62,978 nt of DNA, filler included, from an uncultured Synergistales bacterium (GCA_937897575.1; 6 parts of 6 records of this genome joined end to end with filler, not necessarily neighbours in it), one strand, 5' to 3'; positions 37,367 to 47,436 are shown, counted from the first letter of the whole stretch. The notes: generated from the letters alone by a model not told the origin. Numbers and translations are program-made.

Positions 37367-39436
37367 ATGGTGCTGAACAATGTGGTGCTTGAAATCGGAA
37401 CGGAGGAGATACCCTCCCGTTTCCTGAAGGATATGATCGGTCCCTTCGAGCGGTTCGCCCGGGAGGACATGGAGGCTGCGCGAATCCCCTTCCAGAACCT
37501 CTCCGTCTATGCGACGCCGAGAAGGATCGCCCTGTTGCTTCGAGGCGTGGAGGAGAAACAGAGCGACCTCGTCTCCACGTTCAAAGGGCCTGCCTGGCGG
37601 ACGGCCTTCGACGTGAACGGCCAGCCCACGCGAGCCGCCGAGGGGTTTGCCAAAAGCAGGGGGGTGTCCATCGAACAGCTCGTCGCCATGGAGGTCGACG
37701 GGGTGCAATATGCCTCCGCCTCCGTCTCCGAACCGGGCAAGAGAACGATGGACGTCCTTCCGGCGCTTTTTCCCGAGCTCATCCGCAAAATGGTCTTCCC
37801 CAAGAACATGTACTGGGACGATCCCACGGTCCGTTTTGCCCGCCCCATCCGATGGATCCTGGCCATGGCCGATTCCGAGGTCATCCCCTTCACCTACGGC
37901 GACCTGGAGAGCGGCAACGAGACGAGCGGCCACCGCTTCATGGGTGCCAGGCGGATAGCCGTGAGCGATGCCGGCCGCTTTATCGAGCTCCTCTACGACA
38001 ACTACGTGATCCTCGATCAGGAAAAACGGCGACAAAAGATGATCTCCGGGATCGCAGCCCTCGAGAAAAAACTCGAGGGGACAGTGGAGCTGGACCCCGA
38101 GCTCGTGGACGAAAACCTCTTCCTCGTGGAGTACCCCGTCCCCTTTGCGGGAGCCTTCAGCGAGCGGTACCTCGAGATCCCCGAACAGGTGCTGACCACC
38201 TCCATGAAGAAGAACCAGAAGTATTTCGCCGTGCGGAGCAAGGGCGGCAAGCTGCTCCCCGCCTTCGTGGGGGTGAGCAACAACCTTGCCACGAACATGG
38301 ACGTTGTCCGCGAGGGAAACGAGCGGGTCCTCCGCGCCCGCCTCGAGGACGCCGCCTTTTTCTGGGCGGAGGACCTTCGGACGCCCCTTCGCGCCAACGG
38401 AGAGAAGTTGAAGTCCATCGTGTACCAGGAAAAGCTCGGCAGCCTCTATGAAAAGGTCATGAGCACAAAGGGCCTCGCCCTGTGGCTCTGCGCCGAGATG
38501 GACATGAAGGATGTCGCGCCCCTGGTGGATCGCGCCGCCCTTCTCTCCAAAATGGACCTCGTGACGAACATGGTCTATGAATTTCCGGAGCTTCAGGGCG
38601 TCATGGGGAGGGAGTATGCCCTCCGCAACGGGGAGGACGAGCGCGTCGCCCAGGCCCTCTACGAACAGTATCTGCCCCGCTCCGCAGGAGATGCCCTGCC
38701 GAACGACGTGGTCGGCGCCCTGCTGGGCATCGCCGAACGGATGCACATCATCGTCAGCTGCCATAAGGTCGGACTCGAACCGACGGGCTCCCAGGACCCC
38801 TATGCCCTTCGCCGGGCCGCCCGGTGCATCAATGAGATCATCTGGGGCAAGGCGATGGACGTGAACGTGGCGAGGCTCGTCGACGAATCGTGCAGACAGC
38901 TGGCCGTCGAGGACGGCACACGGGATCGGGTGGTCCAATTTCTTGCTCAGCGCCTTCTCATGCAGGTCAAGGAGAAGGACTACCCTCATGAACTCGCCGC
39001 CCTCGCCCTTTCCGTCACCGGAGAACGCCCCCTTCAGGTCGTCCGTTTCCTGGAGGTCTTCTCCCAGCTCCAGGGGCAGAGATGGTTTGCCGATCTCCTC
39101 ACCTCGGCTGTTCGCGTGCACAACATCCTCGCCAAGGAAAGGGGAGCAGCTCTTGGAGCCATCGATGAGACGCTCTTCGAGAAGGACGCTGAGAGGGCGC
39201 TTCTCGAAGAAGTGACCGCCGTGACGCCCCGTGTCGAAGACGCCCTGTCCAGGGCGGATTGGGACGAACTCGCCCGGTCGCTCGCGGAGTTGACGCCCTT
39301 CGTCACGAACTTCTTCGACGATGTCCTGGTTGTGGACCCCGACGAGCGGAAGAGGGCGAACAGGATATCGTTGCTCTGGCTGTGCAACAGCCTTTTTCTG
39401 AAGGTGGGCGATCTCGGGATGCTCAAAGGGGTCTAA
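37367..39436 (+). CDS. glyS: Glycine-tRNA ligase beta subunit
   Basis: LEIGTEEIP, TPRR, FARPIRW, GNERVLRARLEDA, EFPELQG, GSQDPYALRR. Confidence 0.97.
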   Translation: MVLNNVVLEIGTEEIPSRFLKDMIGPFERFAREDMEAARIPFQNLSVYATPRRIALLLRGVEEKQSDLVSTFKGPAWRTAFDVNGQPTRAAEGFAKSRGVSIEQLVAMEVDGVQYASASVSEPGKRTMDVLPALFPELIRKMVFPKNMYWDDPTVRFARPIRWILAMADSEVIPFTYGDLESGNETSGHRFMGARRIAVSDAGRFIELLYDNYVILDQEKRRQKMISGIAALEKKLEGTVELDPELVDENLFLVEYPVPFAGAFSERYLEIPEQVLTTSMKKNQKYFAVRSKGGKLLPAFVGVSNNLATNMDVVREGNERVLRARLEDAAFFWAEDLRTPLRANGEKLKSIVYQEKLGSLYEKVMSTKGLALWLCAEMDMKDVAPLVDRAALLSKMDLVTNMVYEFPELQGVMGREYALRNGEDERVAQALYEQYLPRSAGDALPNDVVGALLGIAERMHIIVSCHKVGLEPTGSQDPYALRRAARCINEIIWGKAMDVNVARLVDESCRQLAVEDGTRDRVVQFLAQRLLMQVKEKDYPHELAALALSVTGERPLQVVRFLEVFSQLQGQRWFADLLTSAVRVHNILAKERGAALGAIDETLFEKDAERALLEEVTAVTPRVEDALSRADWDELARSLAELTPFVTNFFDDVLVVDPDERKRANRISLLWLCNSLFLKVGDLGMLKGV

Positions 39437-39488
39437 GACCCTCTCCCGATCGGACGGTCAGTTTGTGCGAAAGGAGAGGGAACAGGCA

Positions 39489-40298
39489 ATGAATGATGGA
39501 TTGACGCTCATAATCGTCTCGGACTCCACGGGGGAAACGGCGGAGTACGTCGTGCAAGCGGCCATGCTCCAGTTCGACGCCGTCTTTACGCGCGTGCTCC
39601 GCTTTCGCCATGTGGACGGCGTCGAGAAGATCGACAAGGTGATCGCCGCCGCTTCGGAGAAGCCCTCCGTCCTGGTTTGCACCCTCGTCGATCTCGGCAT
39701 GAGAGAGGCGCTTGTCTCGGCGTGCGCTGCACGCAAGATCCCCTGCGTGGATCTCCTCGGCCCCCTTCTGGACATGCTCGAGTCCAGCCTGGGGAAAACA
39801 CGTCGGGAGAAACCCGGCCTTCTCAGAAAGCTCGACGACGAGTACTTCAAAAAGATCAAGGCCGTCGAGTTTGCCATACAGTGTGACGACGGGCGCGGGA
39901 GCGACCTCCTCCCCGAGGCCGATCTCGTCATCCTCGGAGTGTCGAGGACGGGGAAGACCCCCCTGTCCATGTACATTGCGAACAGGGGGTACAGGACGGC
40001 GAACATCCCGCTCATCCCCGAGGTGGACCCGCCGGATATCCTCCGCTTCATCAGCCCGTCGAAGGTGGTCGGTCTGACCCTGTCGGCAGAGCGTCTCGTG
40101 TAGATACGGCAGGAGCGCCTCCGCCTTCTCGGCCTCGAGCCAAACGCGTCGTCCTACGGATACAGGGAGCGGGTCGAGCGGGAGCTCAAATTCGCGAACG
40201 ATTATTTCAGATCACTGGGCGTGACGGTCTATGACGTTACGGATAAAGCGGTGGAGGAGACGGCCCAGGAGATCCTCGATGCCCTTCGCAAGGAGTGA
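39489..40298 (+). pseudogene. ppsR: Pyruvate,phosphate dikinase regulatory protein (DUF299 kinase/phosphorylase) with an in-frame TAG at 40101-40103
   Basis: VSDSTGETAE, DDG, GVSRTGKTP motifs; after the TAG the same frame continues IRQERL..VTDKAVEETAQEI to TGA 40296-40298 (269 codons in total). Confidence 0.85.
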
Positions 40299-40368
40299 GG
40301 ACGATCGGCGCCGCGCCGTTGACCGACGACGGTGAGGGGGTTGCATCGCGTTCGCTGTTCGAATTTTT

Positions 40369-40377
40369 TGCTATAAT
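40369..40377 (+). promoter_or_regulatory. Extended -10 promoter element for ppdK
   Basis: TGcTATAAT ~75 nt upstream of the ppdK start; RBS GGAGGAGG follows. Confidence 0.6.
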
Positions 40378-40453
40378 ACGTATTTATTTATCAAGGCATT
40401 CTGCGCTGGTGCTCTATTTTTAGAGTGTATTCCGGAGGAGGTCGGAGAGAGAA

Positions 40454-43102
40454 ATGACGAAAGAGCAATATGTCTACAGCTTCAAAGAGGGAAACGCCGG
40501 GATGAAAAACCTGCTGGGCGGAAAGGGCGCGAACCTCGCCCAGATGGTTCAATATGGTCTTCCCGTTCCTCCGGGGTTCATTCTGACCACCCAGGCATGC
40601 CTGAAGTACGGCGCTGAGCCTTCGTTCCTCGACGAAATCTGGGGGGACGTGGAGAGGGCCATGAAGGAGCTCGAGGCCTTAACGGGGAAGAGCTTCGGCG
40701 GCGGTTCGAACCCCCTTCTCGTGTCGGTCCGCTCCGGCGCCCCCGTCTCCATGCCCGGCATGATGGACACGATCCTCAACCTCGGCCTGAACGAACAGTC
40801 CGTCGAAGCCCTTGCGCAGGCGTCGGGAGACCGACGGTTCGCTTTTGACAGCTACCGCCGGTTTATTCAGATGTATGGCAACGTCGTCCACGGAGTGAAC
40901 GCCGACGCCTTCGAGCACGTGCTCGACGAAGTCAAGAAAAAAAACGGCGTTGCGTTCGACAACGAAATATCGAGCGGGAGCCTCGAGGAGATAGTGAAAC
41001 AGTTCAAGGAGATCTTCAAAAAGGCGACGGGGCACGACTTCCCGTCCGACCCATGGGAGCAGCTCCGCTACGCCATCGTCGCCGTCTTCAAGAGCTGGGG
41101 CAACCCGAGAGCCGTCACCTACCGCAAACTCAACAAAATACCCGATTCGCTCGGAACGGCGGTCAACGTCGTGTCCATGGTCTACGGAAACCTCGGAGAC
41201 GACTGCGGAACGGGTGTCTGCTTCACTCGGAACCCTTCGGACGGGACGAAGGAGCTCTACGGTGAATTTCTCGTCAACGCCCAGGGCGAGGACGTGGTGG
41301 CGGGTATCCGGACGCCTCTGCCCATTGCGGAGCTGAAGGCCGTTATGCCGAGGATATACGACGAGCTCTTCCGGATCACGACCAACCTCGAAAAAGCCTA
41401 CACCGACATGCAGGACATCGAGTTCACCATTGAACGAGGCACCCTCTACATCCTTCAGACCAGAAGCGGAAAACGATCTGCGGGCGCTGCCGTCAAAATC
41501 GCGTCCGACATGGTCGCGGAGGGGCTTATCGACAGGAAAACGGCGGTGTCCCGCGTCACGCCGGAGCAGGTCGAGATGCTGCTGCACAGGCAGGTGGACC
41601 CGAAGGCTACGAACGAGGTCCTCGCGAAGGGACTGCCCGCGTCGCCTGGCGCAGGCGTCGGGATCGTCTGCTTTGACGCCGACGAGGCCGTCGAACTTGC
41701 ACAGGCAGGGCATAAGGTCATCCTTGCCCGTCCCGAGACCTGCCCGGACGACATTCACGGGCTCTTTGCAGCCGAGGCCATCGTGACGAGCAGAGGCGGC
41801 ATGACGAGTCACGCGGCGGTCGTCGCCCGGGGCCTCGGAAAACCCTGCGTCAGCGGATGCGAGAGCGTCGTCATCGATGTGGACAGGGAGACGATCACCC
41901 GGAGCGGCAGAGTCATCCGCAAGGGGGACACGATCACCGTGGACGGCAGCGCCGGGCGTGTGCTTGTGGGAGCTGCCCCTCTCCAGAGCGCATCGTTCTC
42001 GGACGAATTCAAGACCCTTCTCGGCTGGGCGGACGAGCTGACGCCCCTTCAGGTATGGGCAAACGGAGACACCCCGGAGGACGCGAAGCGCGCCCGCTCA
42101 TACGGCGCGAAGGGGATCGGCCTCTGCCGCACAGAGCATATGTTCATGGCCGCCGACCGCCTTCCCGTCATGCAGCGCCTCGTCACGGCCGATACGATTG
42201 AGGAACGTCTCGCCGCCCTGAACGAGCTCAAGGTCATGCAGAGGGAGGATTTCTACGGCATACTCAAGGAGATGCACGGTCTGCCGGTCATCATTCGGCT
42301 TCTGGATCCCCCTCTCCACGAATTCCTCCCCAAGGAGCACGAGCTCAAGGAGGATCTCGACGCCCTCGTCGCCGAGGGGAAGGGGCAGTCGCCCGAGGCG
42401 GAGAAGATTCGGTCGCTTATGGCGAAGGTGGAGTCCCTGAAGGAGTCCAACCCCATGCTCGGATTCAGAGGGTGCCGCCTGGGCGTCGTGTACCCAGAGA
42501 TATCGGAGATGCAGGTCACAGCTATTACGGAAGCGGCGTTGCAGCTCCTCGACGAGGGAGTGGACGTCCGCCCCGAGATCATGATCCCCCTCGTCGGCGT
42601 TCGGGAGGAGATGGAATTCTTCCGCACGTTGGTGGACGACCGCGTGCAGGTGATCCTGAAGGAACAGGGCAAAAAGATGTCCTATCTTGTCGGGACCATG
42701 ATCGAAGTCCCCCGCGCCGCTTTTGTCGCCGACGATATTGCGGAGACAGCCCAGTTCTTCAGTTTCGGGACCAACGACCTGACGCAGACGACCTTCGGGT
42801 ACTCGCGGGATGACGCCGAGGGGAAGTTCCTCGGCGCCTACGAGGCAAAGGGCATCCTCCGGGTGAACCCCTTCAACGAACTGGATCGCGACGGCGTCGG
42901 CGCCCTCATGCAGATCGCCGTGACCAAAGGACGCTCCAGGAACCCCAACCTCTCCGTCGGCATATGCGGAGAGCATGGAGGAAACCCCAACAGCATCGCG
43001 TTCTGCTACGCGATCGGCCTGAACTACGTGAGCTGCTCGCCGTTCAGGGTCCCTGTCGCCCGCCTGTCGGCAGCTCATGCCGCCATGGGCCTTTTGAAAT
43101 AA
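40454..43102 (+). CDS. ppdK: Pyruvate, phosphate dikinase
   Basis: LLGGKGANLA, SMPGMMDT, RGGMTSHAAVVAR, GIGLCRTEHM, FSFGTNDLTQ, GICGEHGG. Confidence 0.98.
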   Translation: MTKEQYVYSFKEGNAGMKNLLGGKGANLAQMVQYGLPVPPGFILTTQACLKYGAEPSFLDEIWGDVERAMKELEALTGKSFGGGSNPLLVSVRSGAPVSMPGMMDTILNLGLNEQSVEALAQASGDRRFAFDSYRRFIQMYGNVVHGVNADAFEHVLDEVKKKNGVAFDNEISSGSLEEIVKQFKEIFKKATGHDFPSDPWEQLRYAIVAVFKSWGNPRAVTYRKLNKIPDSLGTAVNVVSMVYGNLGDDCGTGVCFTRNPSDGTKELYGEFLVNAQGEDVVAGIRTPLPIAELKAVMPRIYDELFRITTNLEKAYTDMQDIEFTIERGTLYILQTRSGKRSAGAAVKIASDMVAEGLIDRKTAVSRVTPEQVEMLLHRQVDPKATNEVLAKGLPASPGAGVGIVCFDADEAVELAQAGHKVILARPETCPDDIHGLFAAEAIVTSRGGMTSHAAVVARGLGKPCVSGCESVVIDVDRETITRSGRVIRKGDTITVDGSAGRVLVGAAPLQSASFSDEFKTLLGWADELTPLQVWANGDTPEDAKRARSYGAKGIGLCRTEHMFMAADRLPVMQRLVTADTIEERLAALNELKVMQREDFYGILKEMHGLPVIIRLLDPPLHEFLPKEHELKEDLDALVAEGKGQSPEAEKIRSLMAKVESLKESNPMLGFRGCRLGVVYPEISEMQVTAITEAALQLLDEGVDVRPEIMIPLVGVREEMEFFRTLVDDRVQVILKEQGKKMSYLVGTMIEVPRAAFVADDIAETAQFFSFGTNDLTQTTFGYSRDDAEGKFLGAYEAKGILRVNPFNELDRDGVGALMQIAVTKGRSRNPNLSVGICGEHGGNPNSIAFCYAIGLNYVSCSPFRVPVARLSAAHAAMGLLK

Positions 43103-43134
43103 CGCGCCCGACAGAAAAGGAGCATAAGAAGAGC

Positions 43135-43168
43135 AAAGGGGGCTCCCGTACCAGTGGGAGCCCCCTTT
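43135..43168. terminator. Bidirectional intrinsic terminator between convergent ppdK and PBP1A
   Basis: AAAGGGGGCTCCC ... GGGAGCCCCCTTT. Confidence 0.8.
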
Positions 43169-43210
43169 ATGATGATTACGTCGCCTCGCCCGGGCGGCGA
43201 GCCATCACCG

Positions 43211-45523
43211 TTAATTCGTTATGCCGTACTGTTTCAGCAGGTCCTGATACCGTTCCTCCACCGATGCCGCTGGGTTCGGGTCTTTGTAGCCACTCTGCGT
43301 AGAATCCGGAACGGCCGTCTGGGGGACCTCCGAGGGCTTCGTCACAGCGACGTGAGAGCCCGTCGACAGAGGGATGTTCACGTCCTCCTGAGGCAGCGAC
43401 GCATAGGAGACCTTGTCGCCATGGACCAAGATGAGGCGCGGCCGGTTGCTGTCCTGGGCGCTTGCATACAGCTCGCCTCCGTGGACGGGGCAGTTCGTCC
43501 GCGGCGCCTTCCCAACGGGTATGGACAGGGTGACGGCAGGACACCCCTTTATGGCGCGGTATCCCGTCGTGCGGCAGATCTTCACGGACTCGACGGCCGC
43601 GTCGGGGGGAATGGAGAAGGTCTTCGGAAGATCGCGTCCCTGTACTGCAGCCGCCACAAACTCCTTCCAAACAGGCGCCGCGATGACGCCTCCCGTCGCT
43701 CCTTTGCTGGCCAGCGGCTTGTGATCGTCGTTTCCTGCGTACACCGCGGCGACGAGACCGGGAACTCCGCCGAGGAACCACGCGTCGATGAACTCGTTCG
43801 TCGTCCCCGTTTTTCCGAAGGTCTGCCTGTCCTCGAGAAGAGCGCGCCTGCCCGTTCCGCTGCGTACCGCGTCGAGGAGGACCGAGCGTGTCAGGATGGC
43901 CGTCTCCGGCGAGATGGCGGGACGGACGGAGGGGGAATTTTTTTCAAGGGTATCGCCCAGAGCCGATTTGACCTCGCGGATGGCCATGGGGGTAACGGCC
44001 TTGCCGTTATTTGCGAAGACCGAGAATACGGCCGCCATCTCCAGCGGCGTCACGCTCGCGCTTCCAAGGGCCAGCGAGAGGTCCGAGGGAAGATGGGGCG
44101 ACGTGAACCCCATGGCCCGCGCCGTGGTCAGCACGTCGTTGACACCCACATAGTCTATGAGGCGAACGACGACGGTGTTGAGTGAATGGACGAGGGCATA
44201 TTCCAGGGTCACCTCGCCCCGGAACTTACCGTCGTAGTTCGACGGTGACCAGGTGGTCATCCTCGGCCCTTTCTTGTCGTAGGAGATCTTCGCGTCCAGA
44301 ATATGGTCCGTGGGCAGCAGCCCCGACTCGAAGGCCGCCGCATAGACGACGGGCTTGAAAGAGGAGCCCGGCTGTCGGAAGGCCTGCGTCGCCCGGTTGA
44401 ACTTGCTCTTTGCGAAGTCGTGTCCGCCCACGAGGGCGAGGATCTCCCCCGTCTCGGGGTCGAGTCCCACGATGCCCCCCTGACTCTTCAGCCCCTTCAT
44501 GGCGTTCTCGGCTGCCAGCTGCATCTTCAGGTCCAGCGTGGTGTGCACCTCGAGGCCGCCCGCATAGACCAGATCGGCGCCGTATTTGGGCAGGAGTTCG
44601 TTGAACAGGATGTGGGAGACGAAATAGGGAGCGCGGTTGAACTCCTGCACCTTGTTCGGGACGTGTTTGAACTCCAGTTTTTCGTCGAATGCCGCCTTCC
44701 TCTCAGCGTCGTCCAGCCAACCCAGGGTCACAAGGCGGTCAAGGACATAGGACTGGCGGTTTTTCGAGTTCTCGAAGTTTGACAGGGGGCTGTATCGGCC
44801 CGGGGCTGCGATGAGCCCAGCCAGGATCGTCGCTTCGGCGAGGTCGACCTTGGACGCAGGTTTTCCGAAGTATGTCCGGGCGGCAGTGTCGACGCCCCAG
44901 GCTCCGTGTCCGAAGTATATGGTGTTCATGTACATCTCCATGATCTTGTCCTTGGAGAAGAGCTTTTCCATCCGGACGGCGAGGATGAGCTCCTTGATCT
45001 TTCGCTCCATCGTCCGCTCCTGAGAGAGAAAGAGGTTACGGGCGAGCTGCTGCGTGATGGTGCTGCCGCCCTGTTTCACCCGTTGATTCGAGAGATTTTC
45101 GAGCAGAGACCGGACGATGGAGGAGATGCGAAACCCCCTGTGCTGGTAAAAGGATGAGTCCTCCGCCGCCAGGGTCGCTTTGATGATCCAGGGGGCGATG
45201 TTCTTAAGCTCCACCGGCTGGCGGTTTTCGGTGAAGAGCCGGGCGATCATCTCTCCGTTGCGGTCGTAGATGACGCTGGCCACATTCGTTTTGTATGCCA
45301 GCATCTCCGTTGCTGTCGGGAGGTCGGCGGAGAGCTTGTAGATATAGAAAGCCACGGCGACGGACGCCACGGCGGCAACGGTCAGCACGGCAAAGAGCAG
45401 CGTGAGGAAGAAACCTCTCAGAAAGCCGAGAGGCCGCTTTTTTTTCTTCTGCTGGGAGCGCCCCCTCGTCCTATGTGCCGTTTGACTCTCCGTCTCGCTT
45501 CTTCTTTGCGGCTCTTGCTCCAT
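43211..45523 (-). CDS. Class A penicillin-binding protein (PBP1A family)
   Basis: TM, AEDSSFY, GGSTITQQLARN, RKIKE transglycosylase; RQPGSSFKP, SLN, GKTGT transpeptidase; TGtTATAAT on the minus strand at 45626-45634. Confidence 0.95.
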   Translation of the reverse strand: MEQEPQRRSETESQTAHRTRGRSQQKKKKRPLGFLRGFFLTLLFAVLTVAAVASVAVAFYIYKLSADLPTATEMLAYKTNVASVIYDRNGEMIARLFTENRQPVELKNIAPWIIKATLAAEDSSFYQHRGFRISSIVRSLLENLSNQRVKQGGSTITQQLARNLFLSQERTMERKIKELILAVRMEKLFSKDKIMEMYMNTIYFGHGAWGVDTAARTYFGKPASKVDLAEATILAGLIAAPGRYSPLSNFENSKNRQSYVLDRLVTLGWLDDAERKAAFDEKLEFKHVPNKVQEFNRAPYFVSHILFNELLPKYGADLVYAGGLEVHTTLDLKMQLAAENAMKGLKSQGGIVGLDPETGEILALVGGHDFAKSKFNRATQAFRQPGSSFKPVVYAAAFESGLLPTDHILDAKISYDKKGPRMTTWSPSNYDGKFRGEVTLEYALVHSLNTVVVRLIDYVGVNDVLTTARAMGFTSPHLPSDLSLALGSASVTPLEMAAVFSVFANNGKAVTPMAIREVKSALGDTLEKNSPSVRPAISPETAILTRSVLLDAVRSGTGRRALLEDRQTFGKTGTTNEFIDAWFLGGVPGLVAAVYAGNDDHKPLASKGATGGVIAAPVWKEFVAAAVQGRDLPKTFSIPPDAAVESVKICRTTGYRAIKGCPAVTLSIPVGKAPRTNCPVHGGELYASAQDSNRPRLILVHGDKVSYASLPQEDVNIPLSTGSHVAVTKPSEVPQTAVPDSTQSGYKDPNPAASVEERYQDLLKQYGITN

Positions 45524-45675
45524 TCCTTTGCCTCCCGGGGAAGATGCGCATCTCCGTCCAAAAGAGATGCGGACACAACAAAACTATGCACGAATACGCC
45601 GACGTGCACCTCGCAAACCGTGCTCATTATAACATCTCTTTCGGAGAGAAATATTCCCGATGGCGAATTTGGGGC

Positions 45676-45704
45676 TTGTCAAACGAACACCTCCGTGGTA
45701 TATT
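45676..45704 (+). promoter_or_regulatory. Probable rRNA operon sigma-70 promoter
   Basis: TTGTCA-17nt-TATATT with extended TG, ~80 nt upstream of the 16S start. Confidence 0.7.
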
Positions 45705-45784
45705 TTTCGCTGTTGCATTTCGGGAAGCAATGAACTTTGTCAAAAGAATACAGTGCATAAAGCAGAAGCGGAACCCTTAGCGAA

Positions 45785-45837
45785 TTTTTTTGAGAGTTTG
45801 ATCCTGGCTCAGGACGAACGCTGGCGGCGTGCTTAAC
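45785..45837 (+). rRNA. rrs: 16S rRNA 5' fragment (truncated by gap; exact 5' end approximate)
   Basis: AGAGTTTGATCCTGGCTCAGGACGAACGCTGGCGGCGTGCTTAAC (27F site at 45793). Confidence 0.97.
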
Positions 45838-45937
45838 NNNNNNNNNNNNNNNNNNNNNNNNNNNNNNNNNNNNNNNNNNNNTTAATTAATTAANNNNNNN
45901 NNNNNNNNNNNNNNNNNNNNNNNNNNNNNNNNNNNNN
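45838..45937. other. Artificial contig linker
   Basis: N44-TTAATTAATTAA-N44. Confidence 0.98.
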
Positions 45938-46002
45938 CAAAACAACACACCAAAACAACACACCAAAACAACACACCAAAACAACACACCAAAACAACAC
46001 AC
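45938..46002. repeat. 13-bp tandem repeat CAAAACAACACAC x5 (may extend into the gap)
   Basis: Direct reading; perfect copies with no spacers. Confidence 0.92.
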
Positions 46003-46103
46003 CAACCTGAACCCTACAGTATGAACCCGTGAACTCCCTCGAGGACTCCCTTTGCTTTGCCCCTCCCTGACCCAACCACCATCCAGAACTATAGACCATA
46101 ACA

Positions 46104-46169
46104 AGGCAAGACTGAGGCAAGACTGAGGCAAGACTGAGGCAAGACTGAGGCAAGACTGAGGTAAGACTC
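46104..46169. repeat. 11-bp tandem repeat AGGCAAGACTG x5 plus 1 degenerate copy
   Basis: Direct reading; last copy AGGTAAGACTC. Confidence 0.92.
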
Positions 46170-46323
46170 AAGATCATTCCGACACAGGGGTATCCCCTGT
46201 GTCGCGGCCCGTGCCTTCTTGCACTGGAAGACCGTTCCCTCACGAAGACCATGCCTCATGCAGACCGTACACCACACAGGGCGGATCTTATGGGCCTCAA
46301 CTCGTTCAGCGGTAGCGGCCGGG

Positions 46324-47067
46324 CTACGAGGGGACGGACGAGAGGCGGAGGAGCCCCTCGGGAGTGTCGGTGCTGATGCGGTCCACACCGAGAGACAGAA
46401 GGGATCGCGCTCCCTTTGCGGAGGACGGACCACCTGTGACGGAACAGGATATCTTCATGCGATCGGGGACGGAACAATGAAGAAGGGCCGCCTCCTGCAG
46501 GGCGGTGGGCTGCCACAGACAGGATCCTCCCTTGATTCTGTCAGCTTTGACCACCTCGGCGAGGCGAGCGGCCGCTACTATCTCCGAGTGGGACAGGAAG
46601 GGCGTCTCGACAAGAAGGGCGAAGGATATCTCCGTCATCCTCATCCGCACCTGTTCGAGCGCCGTTCTGAGGGGGTCTCGTTTCTTCGACGGCGCGGCTA
46701 GTGTGGGCAGGAAAATCTGTATCTCATGGGCGCCGGCATCGAGCGCATATTGGACCTCTGCGTCAAGCGCCTGGCGGGGGCCTCCTCCGGGGAACCCCGC
46801 TGTCGTGTTCACCTGGACTGCCGTTGCGGCAAGAAGACGGCGGGCACAGGCCACCCATGCCATGGGGAGACATAGCGCCGCAAAACCATATTGCACCGCC
46901 CGCTCGCACAGCGATCCGACTTTTTTTTCAGTGAGGTCGGGCCGAAGCACAACGTGCTCGATGGCACTCCGAAGCGTTCCTTCGTCCGGCAGAGGCAGGA
47001 GGCCGGACTCCGCCATGGCGGCCTGCCGTGCGGCCCTTTCGCAGAGCAGGTCGATGTCCGTCGTCAT
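46324..47067 (-). CDS. DeoC-like aldolase-fold protein with a degenerate active site
   Basis: IEHVVLRP, GFPGG, GAHEI, LVET..L, ADRIK, LGVDRIST align to DeoC motifs with substitutions. Confidence 0.75.
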   Translation of the reverse strand: MTTDIDLLCERAARQAAMAESGLLPLPDEGTLRSAIEHVVLRPDLTEKKVGSLCERAVQYGFAALCLPMAWVACARRLLAATAVQVNTTAGFPGGGPRQALDAEVQYALDAGAHEIQIFLPTLAAPSKKRDPLRTALEQVRMRMTEISFALLVETPFLSHSEIVAAARLAEVVKADRIKGGSCLWQPTALQEAALLHCSVPDRMKISCSVTGGPSSAKGARSLLSLGVDRISTDTPEGLLRLSSVPS

Positions 47068-47070
47068 CTT

Positions 47071-47436
47071 TTACGTTCGATCTCCCAAGCAGTCGCACAG
47101 ATCCTCGTTTCTCCCGGTTCCCTGGCCGATGGTCACCGAATCAACGGACAGCTTCCCCTGCCTTTGCAGATGGAGGAGGATGGCGAGAAATGCCGATGGG
47201 GAGATGCCGATCTCCTGTGCCGCCGAAGGGATGGAGATCTCTTGCCCCTCACTGGCAACTCTTTGCACCTGTCCTGCCACGAGAGAGAGCCACTGAAGGA
47301 AGAGAGCGTCCAGTTCGGGGTGCGTAAAGCTCGACATCTGCGCCACCTTCGTCACGGACTCCACCAGTCGCGCCGTCACCAGGACCTCCGAGTCGAGGAC
47401 TCTCTTTACCTCTTCATACATCATATGTTCGTCCAC
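47071..47436 (-). CDS. Hypothetical protein, possible winged-helix C-terminus
   Basis: GTG after GGAGAGGAG; AAQEIGIS..LLHLQRQGKL; stop 3 nt before the deoC-like start. Confidence 0.6.
   Translation of the reverse strand: MDEHMMYEEVKRVLDSEVLVTARLVESVTKVAQMSSFTHPELDALFLQWLSLVAGQVQRVASEGQEISIPSAAQEIGISPSAFLAILLHLQRQGKLSVDSVTIGQGTGRNEDLCDCLGDRT

Noticed and set aside
40101..40103. Genome-wide TAG reassignment
   Set aside because: recA, pilB, pilC, pilO, pilQ and others end at TAG exactly where homology ends
45938..46169. Possible CRISPR array
   Set aside because: Units are 11-13 bp, head-to-tail with no unique spacers; no cas genes in the window
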